IMG/VR virus record: IMGVR_UViG_3300023179_006341
Location: 1 to 64,000 of that record
Direction: 5' to 3' (one strand)
Source: a virus
Length of the DNA: 64,000 nucleotides
The position numbers were made by a program, and so were the translations under genes. Below, piece after piece: positions 47,560-57,415 of this stretch (position 1 is its first letter; each line of letters starts with the position of its first letter). Below the pieces are notes generated by a model. It was given only the letters and a program-made list of their open reading frames with translations, searched no databases and was not told where the DNA came from.

Positions 47560-49863
47560 ATGCCAAAAAATAACGATTTAATTAATGTAGATTTAGAAAA
47601 ATTTCTTGATGCTAATAATTTAAATGCTATTCCATATGATAGTAGTGGAAAACAAGTACCCATTCCCGATGAAGCAGAATTATTTCAATTTAAATTTGCT
47701 TCCAATGGTGATGAAAAAGGTACAGCTACTGTATCGATTGATGGTACAAAAACTTTAAATGTTTATTACGATGATGCAATTATGACAGAAAACAATGCCT
47801 CTGACGATTGGTTTGATTTTATTAAACGATTAAAACGATTTGCAATGACGCATCAGTTAGATTTTAAAACTAAAAATATGGATAGGTTAGCTACTGATAT
47901 GAAAAAACGTGAACATCAAAAAAAATTAGATGAAGGTTATTATGGGACACGCCATACTAGTTATAGCGATAAAAACCCAGGCACCGTCAAAATGATTCTT
48001 AAACACAATCGCCCACTTGAAGAAACTGATGCAAGATTTAGAAACATTCAAAAGATTTTTTTAGAAACTGATACAGGAGAACGTTTTTTACTTGATACAA
48101 AAAAGCCAAATATAGCTAGAGCATTTGCAAGACATTTAGCTGAAGGTGGTCGTTATAATGATGAAAGATGGAATCATATTACTCAAATAGCTGAAGATAT
48201 TAATCGTTTAGGTGGTTTTGTACGTGCTACACGTAATAAACAATTTAATGAAAGTGCAGTAAAATTAGTTAATGAAGCACAAAATCATTATCAATCTTTG
48301 CGTGAAACAATAAAACAAATACAAGGTTCACGAGGATATAACAAATATTTTGAAAGTTGGAAACCGACTTTAAATGAAGATGATCATGATAATTCAATAT
48401 CAGAAATGTTTTTAACACAGAGACTTGATCCACGAGTTGAAAGTGCAATACCTGTATTAAATCGTTTATCAAAAAATATAACAGAAATGTCTGAAGTAAA
48501 TGAATTTACTGAATGGGCAAGTAATATAGTTCATGAAGTATTACATCCAACTGCAGAAGGTTCACTTGATGATTTAGTAGATTTAGTTGGTGCTGATAGT
48601 GAGTTTATGACTCTTGGTCCTGATGGAAAAAATGCAATCAATGAAATAGAAGGTATTATTAATGAACCTGCATTAAATTCACGCTTACAAAAAGCGGGAA
48701 TGAGTAAACCTGATCAAGACGCACGTCCTATAATTATTGGTTGGATGCAAGAAAATGCCAAGGATAAACATTATGAAGAAATTTTGGCTAAAATTGAAAC
48801 TGAGCAACCTGCACCTAAAATAACTAAACCTGCACCCCAACCTAAAAAAGAAACCCCACCTGATATACCTCCACCCCCACCTCCTGAAGTAGCTAGGGAA
48901 GACTATGATCCACGTTTATCACAAAAAACACAGATTGCAGGTACATTGCCAACATATCGCCACGCTAAAGCTGTACTAGACAAGTTAAACGGTGTTGAAG
49001 GTAAAACACTTGACTTTGGTGCAGGACTTGGTTTAGGTTCAGCAGAAATTGGTGCAGATAGTTATGAAATGCATCCTAAAGCAGGGTTCAAACCTAATTT
49101 TGATCGTGTAGATTCTATTCCCGATGAATCATATGCTAAAATTGTCTCGCTAAATGTTCTTAATGTCATACCAAATGACAAGGGATGGCGTGACGCAGCA
49201 GTTAAAGATATTGGTCGTATTTTGATGCCAAATGGTACTGCCTTAATTACTACTCGTGGCAAAGATGTATTAGCTGCAAAAGGTGAACCACAAGATGAAC
49301 CAAATAGTATTATCACAAGTGCAGGAACTTTCCAAAAAGGATTTACTCCACAAGAGTTAGCAAGTTATGTACAAAATGTATTAGGTAGTGGGTTTAAAGT
49401 TAAAGCAGTTAAAGTTGGTAGCGCACCTGCTGCTATCTTAGTTACAAAAGGTGGAGAACAAGTTAACGAACTCAAGGGTAAATTACCAACACCTGATGAA
49501 ATGAGAACATTGTTACAAAAACAAAAGAAACGCTTTGATGATCAAGGTTTTGTACGTGCTGCTGATGATACAGATAAATTAGCAAAAACTTTTTATAAGC
49601 CTGAACCATCTAAAAAAATAGATACAATAATGAAAGAATTTGCTGAATCATTAGATGAAGCTAAGGATAAAGAACCATCTGTGAAAATACGTAATCCTGT
49701 AGCAAAAAATGCTATGGCAGGTATTGGGGGTGGTGCGGCAGGACAACATAAAGATAAGAAAAAAGCTGATCAACGTGGTGATGTAAAGCATAAAAAAGAT
49801 AGAATCCCAATGGATCTTGATGAAGGTTCACTTGATAGGATCAGAAAACTATCAGGGTTATAA
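47560..49863 (+). CDS. large T4-like head-associated protein carrying an internal SAM-dependent methyltransferase domain (about 48901-49470)
   Basis: GERF, ARAFARH; Pro-rich linker; TLDFGAGLG, NVLNVI, GTFQKGFTPQEL; ends LDRIRKLSGL. Confidence 0.6.
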   Translation: MPKNNDLINVDLEKFLDANNLNAIPYDSSGKQVPIPDEAELFQFKFASNGDEKGTATVSIDGTKTLNVYYDDAIMTENNASDDWFDFIKRLKRFAMTHQLDFKTKNMDRLATDMKKREHQKKLDEGYYGTRHTSYSDKNPGTVKMILKHNRPLEETDARFRNIQKIFLETDTGERFLLDTKKPNIARAFARHLAEGGRYNDERWNHITQIAEDINRLGGFVRATRNKQFNESAVKLVNEAQNHYQSLRETIKQIQGSRGYNKYFESWKPTLNEDDHDNSISEMFLTQRLDPRVESAIPVLNRLSKNITEMSEVNEFTEWASNIVHEVLHPTAEGSLDDLVDLVGADSEFMTLGPDGKNAINEIEGIINEPALNSRLQKAGMSKPDQDARPIIIGWMQENAKDKHYEEILAKIETEQPAPKITKPAPQPKKETPPDIPPPPPPEVAREDYDPRLSQKTQIAGTLPTYRHAKAVLDKLNGVEGKTLDFGAGLGLGSAEIGADSYEMHPKAGFKPNFDRVDSIPDESYAKIVSLNVLNVIPNDKGWRDAAVKDIGRILMPNGTALITTRGKDVLAAKGEPQDEPNSIITSAGTFQKGFTPQELASYVQNVLGSGFKVKAVKVGSAPAAILVTKGGEQVNELKGKLPTPDEMRTLLQKQKKRFDDQGFVRAADDTDKLAKTFYKPEPSKKIDTIMKEFAESLDEAKDKEPSVKIRNPVAKNAMAGIGGGAAGQHKDKKKADQRGDVKHKKDRIPMDLDEGSLDRIRKLSGL

Positions 49864-49864
49864 T

Positions 49865-51766
49865 ATGTCAGAACTAATATTGTTGGAATCATCTAAACCA
49901 TCTGTTGGTCGTGAATTCCAACACTTAGAGGATCTTATATACATTGAAGGTAAACGTGGTATTAAACGTGTACTAGAATGTATAGCAGGTATTATTAAGC
50001 GTCAACCACTTGAAGTAAAATGGGATGGAAGTCCTGCAATATTATTCGGTAGAACTGATAATGGGCGTTTTCATTTTGGTGACAAGTATAGTCGTGATAT
50101 TGTAGATAATCCACGTGCAGTATATGAGCAATATATTGGACGCAAGCCTAAAAAAACATTTGAGCGTGAACAATTTGCACGTGATATGGCTGCATTGTTT
50201 GAAGTATATGAAGCAGCAACACCAAAAGATTTTCGTGGTTTTTTAGAAGCAGGATTATTATATAAGAATTCACCTGCACTAACTGAAGATTGTTTTCAAT
50301 GTAATCCAAACACAGTAATTTACAAAATTAATAACAGTAGTAACTTGGGTAAGCGTGTTGCCAATAGTAAGAGTGGATGTGCGGCTACAGCATATTTTCA
50401 ACATTTACCTGCCACAGGTGGTAGAAGATATCCTGTAGGCGATCATTCCAATCATTTTAATAGTAATGATGTAGTTATTATACCACCTTTGCACACAAGT
50501 GATACGGTGAGATTAGACCGTAGCATGTTAGAAAAATTATGGAATTTTGCTAAACAAAAACAACATAGTATTGATCAGTTTGTTGGACCACAAAACATTA
50601 AAAAAATGATTTATGAGTATGTAAATAGTCAAGTAAGTGAAAATGAATTAAGTGCATTACATAATTTAGGTGATAATTTTACAAGATGGTCACGTGATAG
50701 TTTATCTGCAAAAGAACAAAATATATTGGCTGAACATTTAAAACAACACATAGATGGTGCCAATGATACGTTTAGGTTAGTACGTGCAACAATGAAATTA
50801 AAAGATATGATTGTTGACCAATTAGAAGAATCGACATTAAGTAAAATTGGTATACAAGCAGAATTACCTGATGGACAACGTGGTGGTGAAGGATTTGTCT
50901 ATGATATTAATGAAGGTATTAATCCTATCAAATTAGTTAAACGTGGATCATTTACACGAGCAAATAAATTTAAGAATGAGTCAAAATATTTAAAAGAGTC
51001 ATTAAGTAGAAGTGGTAAAAGTGATCGTGCTGTCATTACTTTTGGTCGTTGTATGGGTCATCGTGGACATATGTATTTGGCTAATAGTGTGTTTACAACT
51101 GCTAAAGAACAAGGTGCAGATCCATATATTATTGTAAGTCGTACATTGGGTGATGATGATCCACTGACTCCGAATGAAAAATTATCTATCTATCATAAAG
51201 TATTTCCAAATCATAAGCATTGTTTTCAAGCTTCAGACGATAGTATGCCAACATTAATGAGTGCCTTAAAGAAATTAAATGAATTAGGATACAAGCATAT
51301 TACTGCTATCTTTGGTAATGATCGTGCTGATAGTATGAGTCATATTAAAGAATATAATGGGCGCAGTTATCAATTTGAAACATTAAACGTAATAAGTCGT
51401 CAACAAACTAATGATCCATACCGTAATATAAATGGACCACGTGGTACGGATATGCGTAATGTATTAAATAATCCAAATTTATCTGAAAAAGAAAAATTTG
51501 GATATTGGCGTAAATGTATGAGTCCACAATTAAGTGATGATGATGTACAATATATAATGGATATAGTAAAAAAACGTATTGGACATAATTTAAATGAAGC
51601 AGATAATCCAATGTATATTGGTGGTAACACTAATAGCCCCATCCCAGGCACCCCTGAAGATTTAGCCGATACTAGAACACCTGAACAAAAACGCAAAGAT
51701 GCCAAGCGAGCGATTAAGCAGGCACGAGAATTACGCAAATTTATGGGTCATAATGAAGTTCGTTAA
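49865..51766 (+). CDS. fusion of a KxDG ligase-like (DUF6267-like) domain and a cytidylyltransferase-like domain
   Basis: HLEDL, VKWDGSPA, GGEGFV..KLVKR..F; then VITFGR..GHRGH, DPL, FGNDR. Confidence 0.65.
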   Translation: MSELILLESSKPSVGREFQHLEDLIYIEGKRGIKRVLECIAGIIKRQPLEVKWDGSPAILFGRTDNGRFHFGDKYSRDIVDNPRAVYEQYIGRKPKKTFEREQFARDMAALFEVYEAATPKDFRGFLEAGLLYKNSPALTEDCFQCNPNTVIYKINNSSNLGKRVANSKSGCAATAYFQHLPATGGRRYPVGDHSNHFNSNDVVIIPPLHTSDTVRLDRSMLEKLWNFAKQKQHSIDQFVGPQNIKKMIYEYVNSQVSENELSALHNLGDNFTRWSRDSLSAKEQNILAEHLKQHIDGANDTFRLVRATMKLKDMIVDQLEESTLSKIGIQAELPDGQRGGEGFVYDINEGINPIKLVKRGSFTRANKFKNESKYLKESLSRSGKSDRAVITFGRCMGHRGHMYLANSVFTTAKEQGADPYIIVSRTLGDDDPLTPNEKLSIYHKVFPNHKHCFQASDDSMPTLMSALKKLNELGYKHITAIFGNDRADSMSHIKEYNGRSYQFETLNVISRQQTNDPYRNINGPRGTDMRNVLNNPNLSEKEKFGYWRKCMSPQLSDDDVQYIMDIVKKRIGHNLNEADNPMYIGGNTNSPIPGTPEDLADTRTPEQKRKDAKRAIKQARELRKFMGHNEVR

Positions 51767-51911
51767 GAATATATATTTTTTGCGTATGTGGTTATCCTAA
51801 ATACTTTTATCACAGAAAGAAATAAAGTAATATTCAATCTGTGTGTTGTTCTCACAATTACACTTAGGTCTCAATTTAGCTACACTTTTAACTTTATAAG
51901 GAGAATACAAA

Positions 51912-52883
51912 ATGTCACTAGCTGCTATTCGTGCAAAATTGGCTGCACAAGAAGCCAAATCAAATTCCCAAGCAACAAATATAGGCGATAATGCCATATA
52001 TCCATTTTGGAACATGGAAGAAAACACAACAACAACGGTTCGTTTTTTACCTGACGCTGATGGACTAAATGATTATTTTTGGGCTGAACGTAATTTAATT
52101 ACGTTAGAATTTAGTGGAATAAAGGGTCAATCATCATCAAACAAAGTATTTGTAAAAGTACCTTGTGTTGAGATGTTTGGTGAAAACTGTCCTATTTTAT
52201 CTGAAGTACGAACATGGTATAAAGATGCGTCATTAAAAGAAATTGCAAACAAGTATTGGAAAAAGCGCACTTATATTTTTCAAGGATTTGTACGAGATAG
52301 TAAAATGAAAGAAGATATTTTACCTGAAAATTCAATTCGCAGATTTATTATTTCACCACAAATTTATGGTGTTATTAAAAATAGTTTAATGGATCCTGAT
52401 ATTGAAGAAATTCCCACACATTATTTGCGTGGTTTAGACTTTAAAATTATTAAATCATCAAAAGGTGGTTATGCAGATTACAGTACAAGTGGGTGGTCAC
52501 GTAAAGAATCCGCATTAACTGAATCTGAACAAGCTGCCATTGAAAAATATGGATTATTTAACTTAAAAGAATTTTTACCGAAGAAACCTAGTGAAAGCGA
52601 ACTACGTGTAATGAAAGAAATGTTCGATGCTAGTGTTAATGGTGAAGAATATGATACCGATAAGTGGGGAGCATATTTTCGTCCACGTGGTGTACAGTCA
52701 ACTAGTAATGCTGACCACGATGATGATACATATGTATCACCAAGACAAGTTTCAACTCCTGTCGTGGATGAGGATGACGAGCCTGTTGTGACTTCCGAAG
52801 TTAAAGTTACAACACCTCAAACCTCTGATTCAACTGCTAATATTCTTGCTATGATTCGTAGTAAGAAAACATCGCAAGCGTAA
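51912..52883 (+). CDS. single-stranded DNA-binding protein (T4 gp32-like)
   Basis: VRFLPD; CPIL; YWKKR; GLDFKI.K..KGGYADYSTS; acidic tail. Confidence 0.9.
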   Translation: MSLAAIRAKLAAQEAKSNSQATNIGDNAIYPFWNMEENTTTTVRFLPDADGLNDYFWAERNLITLEFSGIKGQSSSNKVFVKVPCVEMFGENCPILSEVRTWYKDASLKEIANKYWKKRTYIFQGFVRDSKMKEDILPENSIRRFIISPQIYGVIKNSLMDPDIEEIPTHYLRGLDFKIIKSSKGGYADYSTSGWSRKESALTESEQAAIEKYGLFNLKEFLPKKPSESELRVMKEMFDASVNGEEYDTDKWGAYFRPRGVQSTSNADHDDDTYVSPRQVSTPVVDEDDEPVVTSEVKVTTPQTSDSTANILAMIRSKKTSQA

Positions 52884-52897
52884 ATAACAGTGCTAAA

Positions 52898-52920
52898 AGT
52901 GGTGGAATTTTTCCACCACT
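52898..52920 (+). terminator. stem-loop after the SSB gene
   Basis: agtggtggaa-ttt-ttccaccact; no clear U-tract. Confidence 0.55.
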
Positions 52921-52939
52921 AACACTTAAGGAGAACACA

Positions 52940-53173
52940 ATGACATTACCTGATGAAAGATACAGGGCATTAAAACAAGGTAAAAAATTGTTGGAAGAGT
53001 TATGCGATCCTGGTCGCACCCCACGTGTACCAAGTTCAGTACGTGATCGAGCTAGAGCAACACTAAAACATTTCCCAAATGATTTTGATATTGATTGTCT
53101 TGCTGATTCAGCACCAACAATTTTAGATAAACAGTTATTTAAAGTATATACAAATAATACAATTGCAAAGTGA
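52940..53173 (+). CDS. BPSL0761-like small protein
   Basis: MTLPDERYRA...PRVP..VR.RA...LKHFP. Confidence 0.75.
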   Translation: MTLPDERYRALKQGKKLLEELCDPGRTPRVPSSVRDRARATLKHFPNDFDIDCLADSAPTILDKQLFKVYTNNTIAK

Positions 53174-53179
53174 TAAGCT

Positions 53180-54244
53180 ATGGGAAAACCATTCGACCTC
53201 AGTAAGTTTCGTAAAGACGTTACAAAAAGTATAGACGGTATTAGTATAGGATTTCATGATCCCACTGATTGGATTTCAACAGGTAATTATGCCCTTAATT
53301 ATCTTATCAGTGGTGATTTTAATAAAGGTGTACCACTTGGAAAAGTTACTGTATTTGCAGGTGAAAGTGGTAGCGGCAAATCATATATTTGCAGCGGTAA
53401 CATCGTAAAAAATGCACAAGAACAAGGCATATTTGTTGTTCTTATTGATAGCGAAAATGCATTAGATGAAAGTTGGTTACGTGCGCTTGGTGTTGATACA
53501 AGTGAAGATAAACTATTGAAATTAAACATGGCAATGATTGATGATGTTGCTAAAACTATTTCAACTTTTATGAAGGATTATAAAGAAACACCTGCAGCAG
53601 ATAGACCAAAAGTGTTATTTGTTATTGATAGTCTTGGTATGTTGATGAGTCCAACTGAAGTTAATCAATTCGATAGTGGTGATATGAAAGGTGATATGGG
53701 GCGTAAAGCCAAAGCACTTAAAGCACTTGTTACAAATTGTGTAAACATGTTTGGTTCATATAATGTAGGATTAATTGCTACTAACCATACCTATGCATCA
53801 CAAGATCCATACAATCCTGATCCTAATGTAAGTGGTGGACAAGGATTTGTATTTGCTAGCAGCATTCTTGTTGCAATGAAAAGATTAAAACTAAAAGAGG
53901 ATGAAGAAGGTAATAAAACATCTGATGTACTAGGTATACGTGCAGGATGTAAAGTTATGAAAACACGTTTTGCTAAACCATTTGAAGATGTTGAAGTACA
54001 AATACCCTATACAACAGGTATGAATCCTTATAGTGGATTTTTTGATTTAATTGAGAAAAAAGGATTTGTAACAAGAGAAGGAAATCGTTATCTTTATACA
54101 GACTTGAACGGTGAAGTGCATCGTTATTTTAGAAAAGAATGGTCTAAGAACGAAAATGGTATTATGGATTTGGTGATGAATGAATTCAACCAACGTGAAA
54201 AACAAGTAAATACTGAGTTAGCGGAGGAAGAACAAAATGCTTGA
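53180..54244 (+). CDS. uvsX: UvsX/RecA-like recombinase
   Basis: ISTGNYALN; AGESGSGKS; IDSENA; VIDSLG; TNHTY. Confidence 0.93.
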   Translation: MGKPFDLSKFRKDVTKSIDGISIGFHDPTDWISTGNYALNYLISGDFNKGVPLGKVTVFAGESGSGKSYICSGNIVKNAQEQGIFVVLIDSENALDESWLRALGVDTSEDKLLKLNMAMIDDVAKTISTFMKDYKETPAADRPKVLFVIDSLGMLMSPTEVNQFDSGDMKGDMGRKAKALKALVTNCVNMFGSYNVGLIATNHTYASQDPYNPDPNVSGGQGFVFASSILVAMKRLKLKEDEEGNKTSDVLGIRAGCKVMKTRFAKPFEDVEVQIPYTTGMNPYSGFFDLIEKKGFVTREGNRYLYTDLNGEVHRYFRKEWSKNENGIMDLVMNEFNQREKQVNTELAEEEQNA

Positions 54245-54491
54245 TACAGTAGCAGCAGTTTATGAAGTATTTAAACGATACGTTAGTGCTAGTGATATGC
54301 GTGATGCAGCAGAGGATGTGCTCAATGTTTTAATTGACCATGATTTTAGCCATGATGAATTAAAAGAAGCTTTTAGTGGTGAAAAAGAAATGGTAAACGC
54401 ATTGAAAGCATATGATGAAGAAATAGAATGGGATGATGATGAGGACTTCGCAGATGAAGAAGCTTATGATGATTGGAACGATGATGAGTAA
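54237..54491 (+). CDS. acidic hypothetical protein
   Basis: Between uvsX and uvsY; D/E-rich tail. Confidence 0.7.
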   Translation: MLDTVAAVYEVFKRYVSASDMRDAAEDVLNVLIDHDFSHDELKEAFSGEKEMVNALKAYDEEIEWDDDEDFADEEAYDDWNDDE

Positions 54492-54494
54492 ATC

Positions 54495-54956
54495 ATGGCA
54501 TGGTTTAGTAAAATAACGCAAGATATCTCATCATTACCTGAATTTATCGAACATTACCAAACGGAACTTAACCAAGCAAAATATGAAGTAAAAATTATTA
54601 AAGGTGAGCGTGTTGAAAAAATGCTTGCAACGCTCCCAGGCGTCACAGAGCATCGTTTCAATCAACTACAAGAAATAGAAGCTGTACTAGATTATATGAA
54701 TGGACAACTTCGTAAAACACGTAGTATCGCCTTTAAAAAATATTTAGAAAACTATCCACGTCAATTAACATCACGGGATGCTGAACGATATTCTGATGCT
54801 GAACAAGATGTTATTGATATGGAAACATTAGTTAATGAAATTGCGTTAGTTCGTAATCAATGGTTAGGTATCATGAAAGCATTAGAAAGTAAAAACTTCA
54901 TGCTTGGGCATATCGTGCGTCTACGTGTTGCAGGTATGGAAGATATTACCATTTAG
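54495..54956 (+). CDS. uvsY: recombination mediator UvsY-like
   Basis: RFNQLQEIEA; YLENY.R.L.SRDAE.Y; LRVAGMED; synteny with uvsX. Confidence 0.8.
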   Translation: MAWFSKITQDISSLPEFIEHYQTELNQAKYEVKIIKGERVEKMLATLPGVTEHRFNQLQEIEAVLDYMNGQLRKTRSIAFKKYLENYPRQLTSRDAERYSDAEQDVIDMETLVNEIALVRNQWLGIMKALESKNFMLGHIVRLRVAGMEDITI

Positions 54957-54972
54957 CAAAAACACAACATGC

Positions 54973-55001
54973 TTGACACATATCCTAATTTTTGTTAATA
55001 T
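54973..55001 (+). promoter_or_regulatory. early sigma70-type promoter
   Basis: TTGACA-N17-TAATAT with TG extension. Confidence 0.8.
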
Positions 55002-55031
55002 ATGTCTATGGTAAAAATTCAGGAGCAAGAG

Positions 55032-55262
55032 ATGACCAAGCAATACACTGTATATATGACAAACTTTGGGTTGAACAAGGGAAGCTTTCCTACGCTTGAA
55101 GAAGCGATTGCTCATGCAAAAGCTTTGGGGTTCGAGTGCTCGATCAATGTTAAAGAGGAAAGTAAACGTCCTCTCCATGTTTGTAGGGTTAGACCTTATA
55201 TTACTGAAGCATTAAAAATTGACCACACAGTGCGTCATGTTTGTAATGTAACCCCATACTAG
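55032..55262 (+). CDS. hypothetical early protein
   Basis: RBS aggag before ATG 55032. Confidence 0.65.
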   Translation: MTKQYTVYMTNFGLNKGSFPTLEEAIAHAKALGFECSINVKEESKRPLHVCRVRPYITEALKIDHTVRHVCNVTPY

Positions 55263-55270
55263 GAATAATC

Positions 55271-55468
55271 ATGAAACTAAATGGTCGTAAAGTTGTTGAT
55301 GCACAAGTTGATGGTATCGATGCTAGTGATTACCCTGACTTCTGCGATGCTTATTTTTCTTACGCTGTATTTCTTGATACAGGTGTAGAACTTACTGAAT
55401 TTGAACTTGACAAACTTACTGAAAAATATCCTGATGTAATCTATGAAAAAGCTGTACAATTTTGCTAA
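55271..55468 (+). CDS. hypothetical phage protein
   Basis: VDGID..DYPDFCDAY motif. Confidence 0.7.
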   Translation: MKLNGRKVVDAQVDGIDASDYPDFCDAYFSYAVFLDTGVELTEFELDKLTEKYPDVIYEKAVQFC

Positions 55469-55668
55469 TAAATATTGGAGATATTGTGAATTATCTTAAA
55501 CTAGCTCAGGTTTATGTTGATGAACGCAATGATACCGATTGGTTTTCCTTACATTATACCAATGCTCGTGAATGGTTTAATGTACAGGATTCAGTTTACA
55601 AAGTGTTAACTTTTTTGTATAATGAAAATGTTGCAAAAAAGCTATTAGAACTTTCAAAAAAGAGTTGA
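55462..55668 (+). CDS. hypothetical protein (start uncertain)
   Basis: ORF fills the gap between genes. Confidence 0.4.
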   Translation: MLINIGDIVNYLKLAQVYVDERNDTDWFSLHYTNAREWFNVQDSVYKVLTFLYNENVAKKLLELSKKS

Positions 55669-55693
55669 TTTAAATTTATCTTTGATATATAAT
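55665..55693 (+). promoter_or_regulatory. early sigma70-type promoter
   Basis: TTGATT-N17-TATAAT. Confidence 0.75.
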
Positions 55694-55724
55694 AGCTGTA
55701 TAGTGAATAACAAGGAGCTACAAA

Positions 55725-56435
55725 ATGCAACTTAGCGCACATGATACCGAGTTGATGATTTTTGTACGGTCTTTAATCAAGTATTCTAACGGTGCCTTTA
55801 AAACTACAGGTCAACGTTGGTTCTATATGGATCGTACTAAAGACCTTACTGAAAAAGAAGATGGTGTTACTCCCTACGGTGTAACCTTCAAAAAAGGTGA
55901 GCGTATCATTTCAATCGATGGTATTGTGTCATGGGCAGGTTATGGTGTACGTAGCCAAATGCCTGTTGTTCATGTTGCCATTCTTGACCGTGTTGGTGTA
56001 CGTGCTTTCTACAAGCTAGGTGGTCGTGGTAACCTGCGTGATGGATGGGGACCTGATCCCAAGAAAACAAAATTAATTTGGGAGCGTCCTGCTCATGTTG
56101 TAGGATTGCCTGAAGAAGTTAAAGTAGAGACCAAATCCTCAAAAGTAGGTGAAGTTGGTGAAGCGATTACTGTAGAAGGTACGGTAATCAAATATGAATT
56201 AGTTACTACTCCATACGGTACTGCTCATAAGTTTGTTATTAAAGATAGTGCTGATAACTTGTACATGTATCGTGGTACAAAATACTTAACTGAGCGTGGT
56301 GGATATGTTAAGTTAGAGACTAAAGTAAAAGATCACTTTGAAATGGGTACAGATTCGGGTAGTTGGATGACTATCTTAGGTGGTAAGGGTAAAAACTCAA
56401 TGAACGTTATTATTGCGGAGAATTTTAAATTATGA
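55725..56435 (+). CDS. early protein with probable C-terminal OB fold
   Basis: RBS aaggag; VGEVGEAITVEGTV...YGTA...KD..DN...KVKDH. Confidence 0.6.
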   Translation: MQLSAHDTELMIFVRSLIKYSNGAFKTTGQRWFYMDRTKDLTEKEDGVTPYGVTFKKGERIISIDGIVSWAGYGVRSQMPVVHVAILDRVGVRAFYKLGGRGNLRDGWGPDPKKTKLIWERPAHVVGLPEEVKVETKSSKVGEVGEAITVEGTVIKYELVTTPYGTAHKFVIKDSADNLYMYRGTKYLTERGGYVKLETKVKDHFEMGTDSGSWMTILGGKGKNSMNVIIAENFKL

Positions 56436-56575
56436 AATTGTTAATAAAAAATAATAAATTTACATGGTTAGGGTTATTCCTAGCCTTACTTTTTGCCGCA
56501 TTATATATACCCATTTGGGCATTGTTTCACCCCAAAGAATTTCTTGTAGAATGTAAGAAAGCATGGTTTAGATGA
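56432..56575 (+). CDS. 47-aa TM protein (not in the ORF track)
   Basis: ATGA overlaps at both ends; WLGLFLALLFAALYIPIWALF. Confidence 0.6.
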   Translation: MKLLIKNNKFTWLGLFLALLFAALYIPIWALFHPKEFLVECKKAWFR

Positions 56576-56784
56576 ATGACCATTTAAGAAATATAGCGAC
56601 TAAAGCGAGTCGTGACGTTGACCTAGTATATATGGGTGATGCCTATGCTAGGTCATTGACAAAAGCTATTATTAAAGACCTTACTGATGATCTTAGTAAG
56701 ATTAAGTGGGTAGGCGATGATGATGGATGGAATAAAGCTATTGATGCAGTCAAGGCTGAGTTAAAAAAACGTTATGGTGTTTGA
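56572..56784 (+). CDS. hypothetical protein
   Basis: Coupled to the upstream ORF; GWNKAI. Confidence 0.6.
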   Translation: MNDHLRNIATKASRDVDLVYMGDAYARSLTKAIIKDLTDDLSKIKWVGDDDGWNKAIDAVKAELKKRYGV

Positions 56785-56897
56785 ATTTGTTCAGATAATT
56801 CATTATACATTTTTATAATTTCTAACTTTGTTGGGTCGTGTTTATCATCATAGGGAACAGGGGTATCTTGCCATTAAATTAAATTGGAGATGTTATT

Positions 56898-57035
56898 ATG
56901 TTCAATTTGTTTGTAAGTATGTGTTGTTTGCTGATAGCAACTAATGATTTTAAAGAGGGTTCTAATAAAGCAGGGTGGTTTGGTCTTATTGTGTCTGCTT
57001 GCAACTTTTCTGTATTCTTATTTAATTTTTTCTAA
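56898..57035 (+). CDS. 45-aa hydrophobic protein (not in the ORF track)
   Basis: RBS ggaga; two hydrophobic segments. Confidence 0.5.
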   Translation: MFNLFVSMCCLLIATNDFKEGSNKAGWFGLIVSACNFSVFLFNFF

Positions 57036-57043
57036 ATACGAAC

Positions 57044-57178
57044 ATGGGCAATTTTATTTGGATGTTATTGTGTGCTTTATTATGTATCCTACTAGGATTT
57101 ATTATTGGATTTTGGATTGAAGTTTTTACATATTCACCATTAACAAAGGGTTTTTACGAATGCAAAGGATGTTGGTAA
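57044..57178 (+). CDS. 44-aa TM protein (not in the ORF track)
   Basis: TAAATA-N5-ATG; IWMLLCALLCILLGFIIGFWI; ends CKGCW. Confidence 0.55.
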   Translation: MGNFIWMLLCALLCILLGFIIGFWIEVFTYSPLTKGFYECKGCW

Positions 57179-57179
57179 A

Positions 57180-57407
57180 ATGAAAATGTTTAATACGTTT
57201 GAAGTTGTAGAAGAGATGAAATCATGTGTGAAACGACCAATTGTTGTTCATGCTGTACAAGTTAATGAAGAATTCAGAGTAAATAGTTTAGAGGGTGATT
57301 ATGCACAAGGTAAGGCAGGTGATTATCTTATGCGTGGTATAAAAGGTGAACTTTATATTTGTGATAAAGAAATCTTTGAACAGACCTATGATTTTATTGA
57401 AAACTAA
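57180..57407 (+). CDS. conserved small phage protein
   Basis: SLEG...GKAGDYLMRGIKGELYIC..EIFEQTY. Confidence 0.75.
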   Translation: MKMFNTFEVVEEMKSCVKRPIVVHAVQVNEEFRVNSLEGDYAQGKAGDYLMRGIKGELYICDKEIFEQTYDFIEN

Positions 57408-57415
57408 ATACTAAA

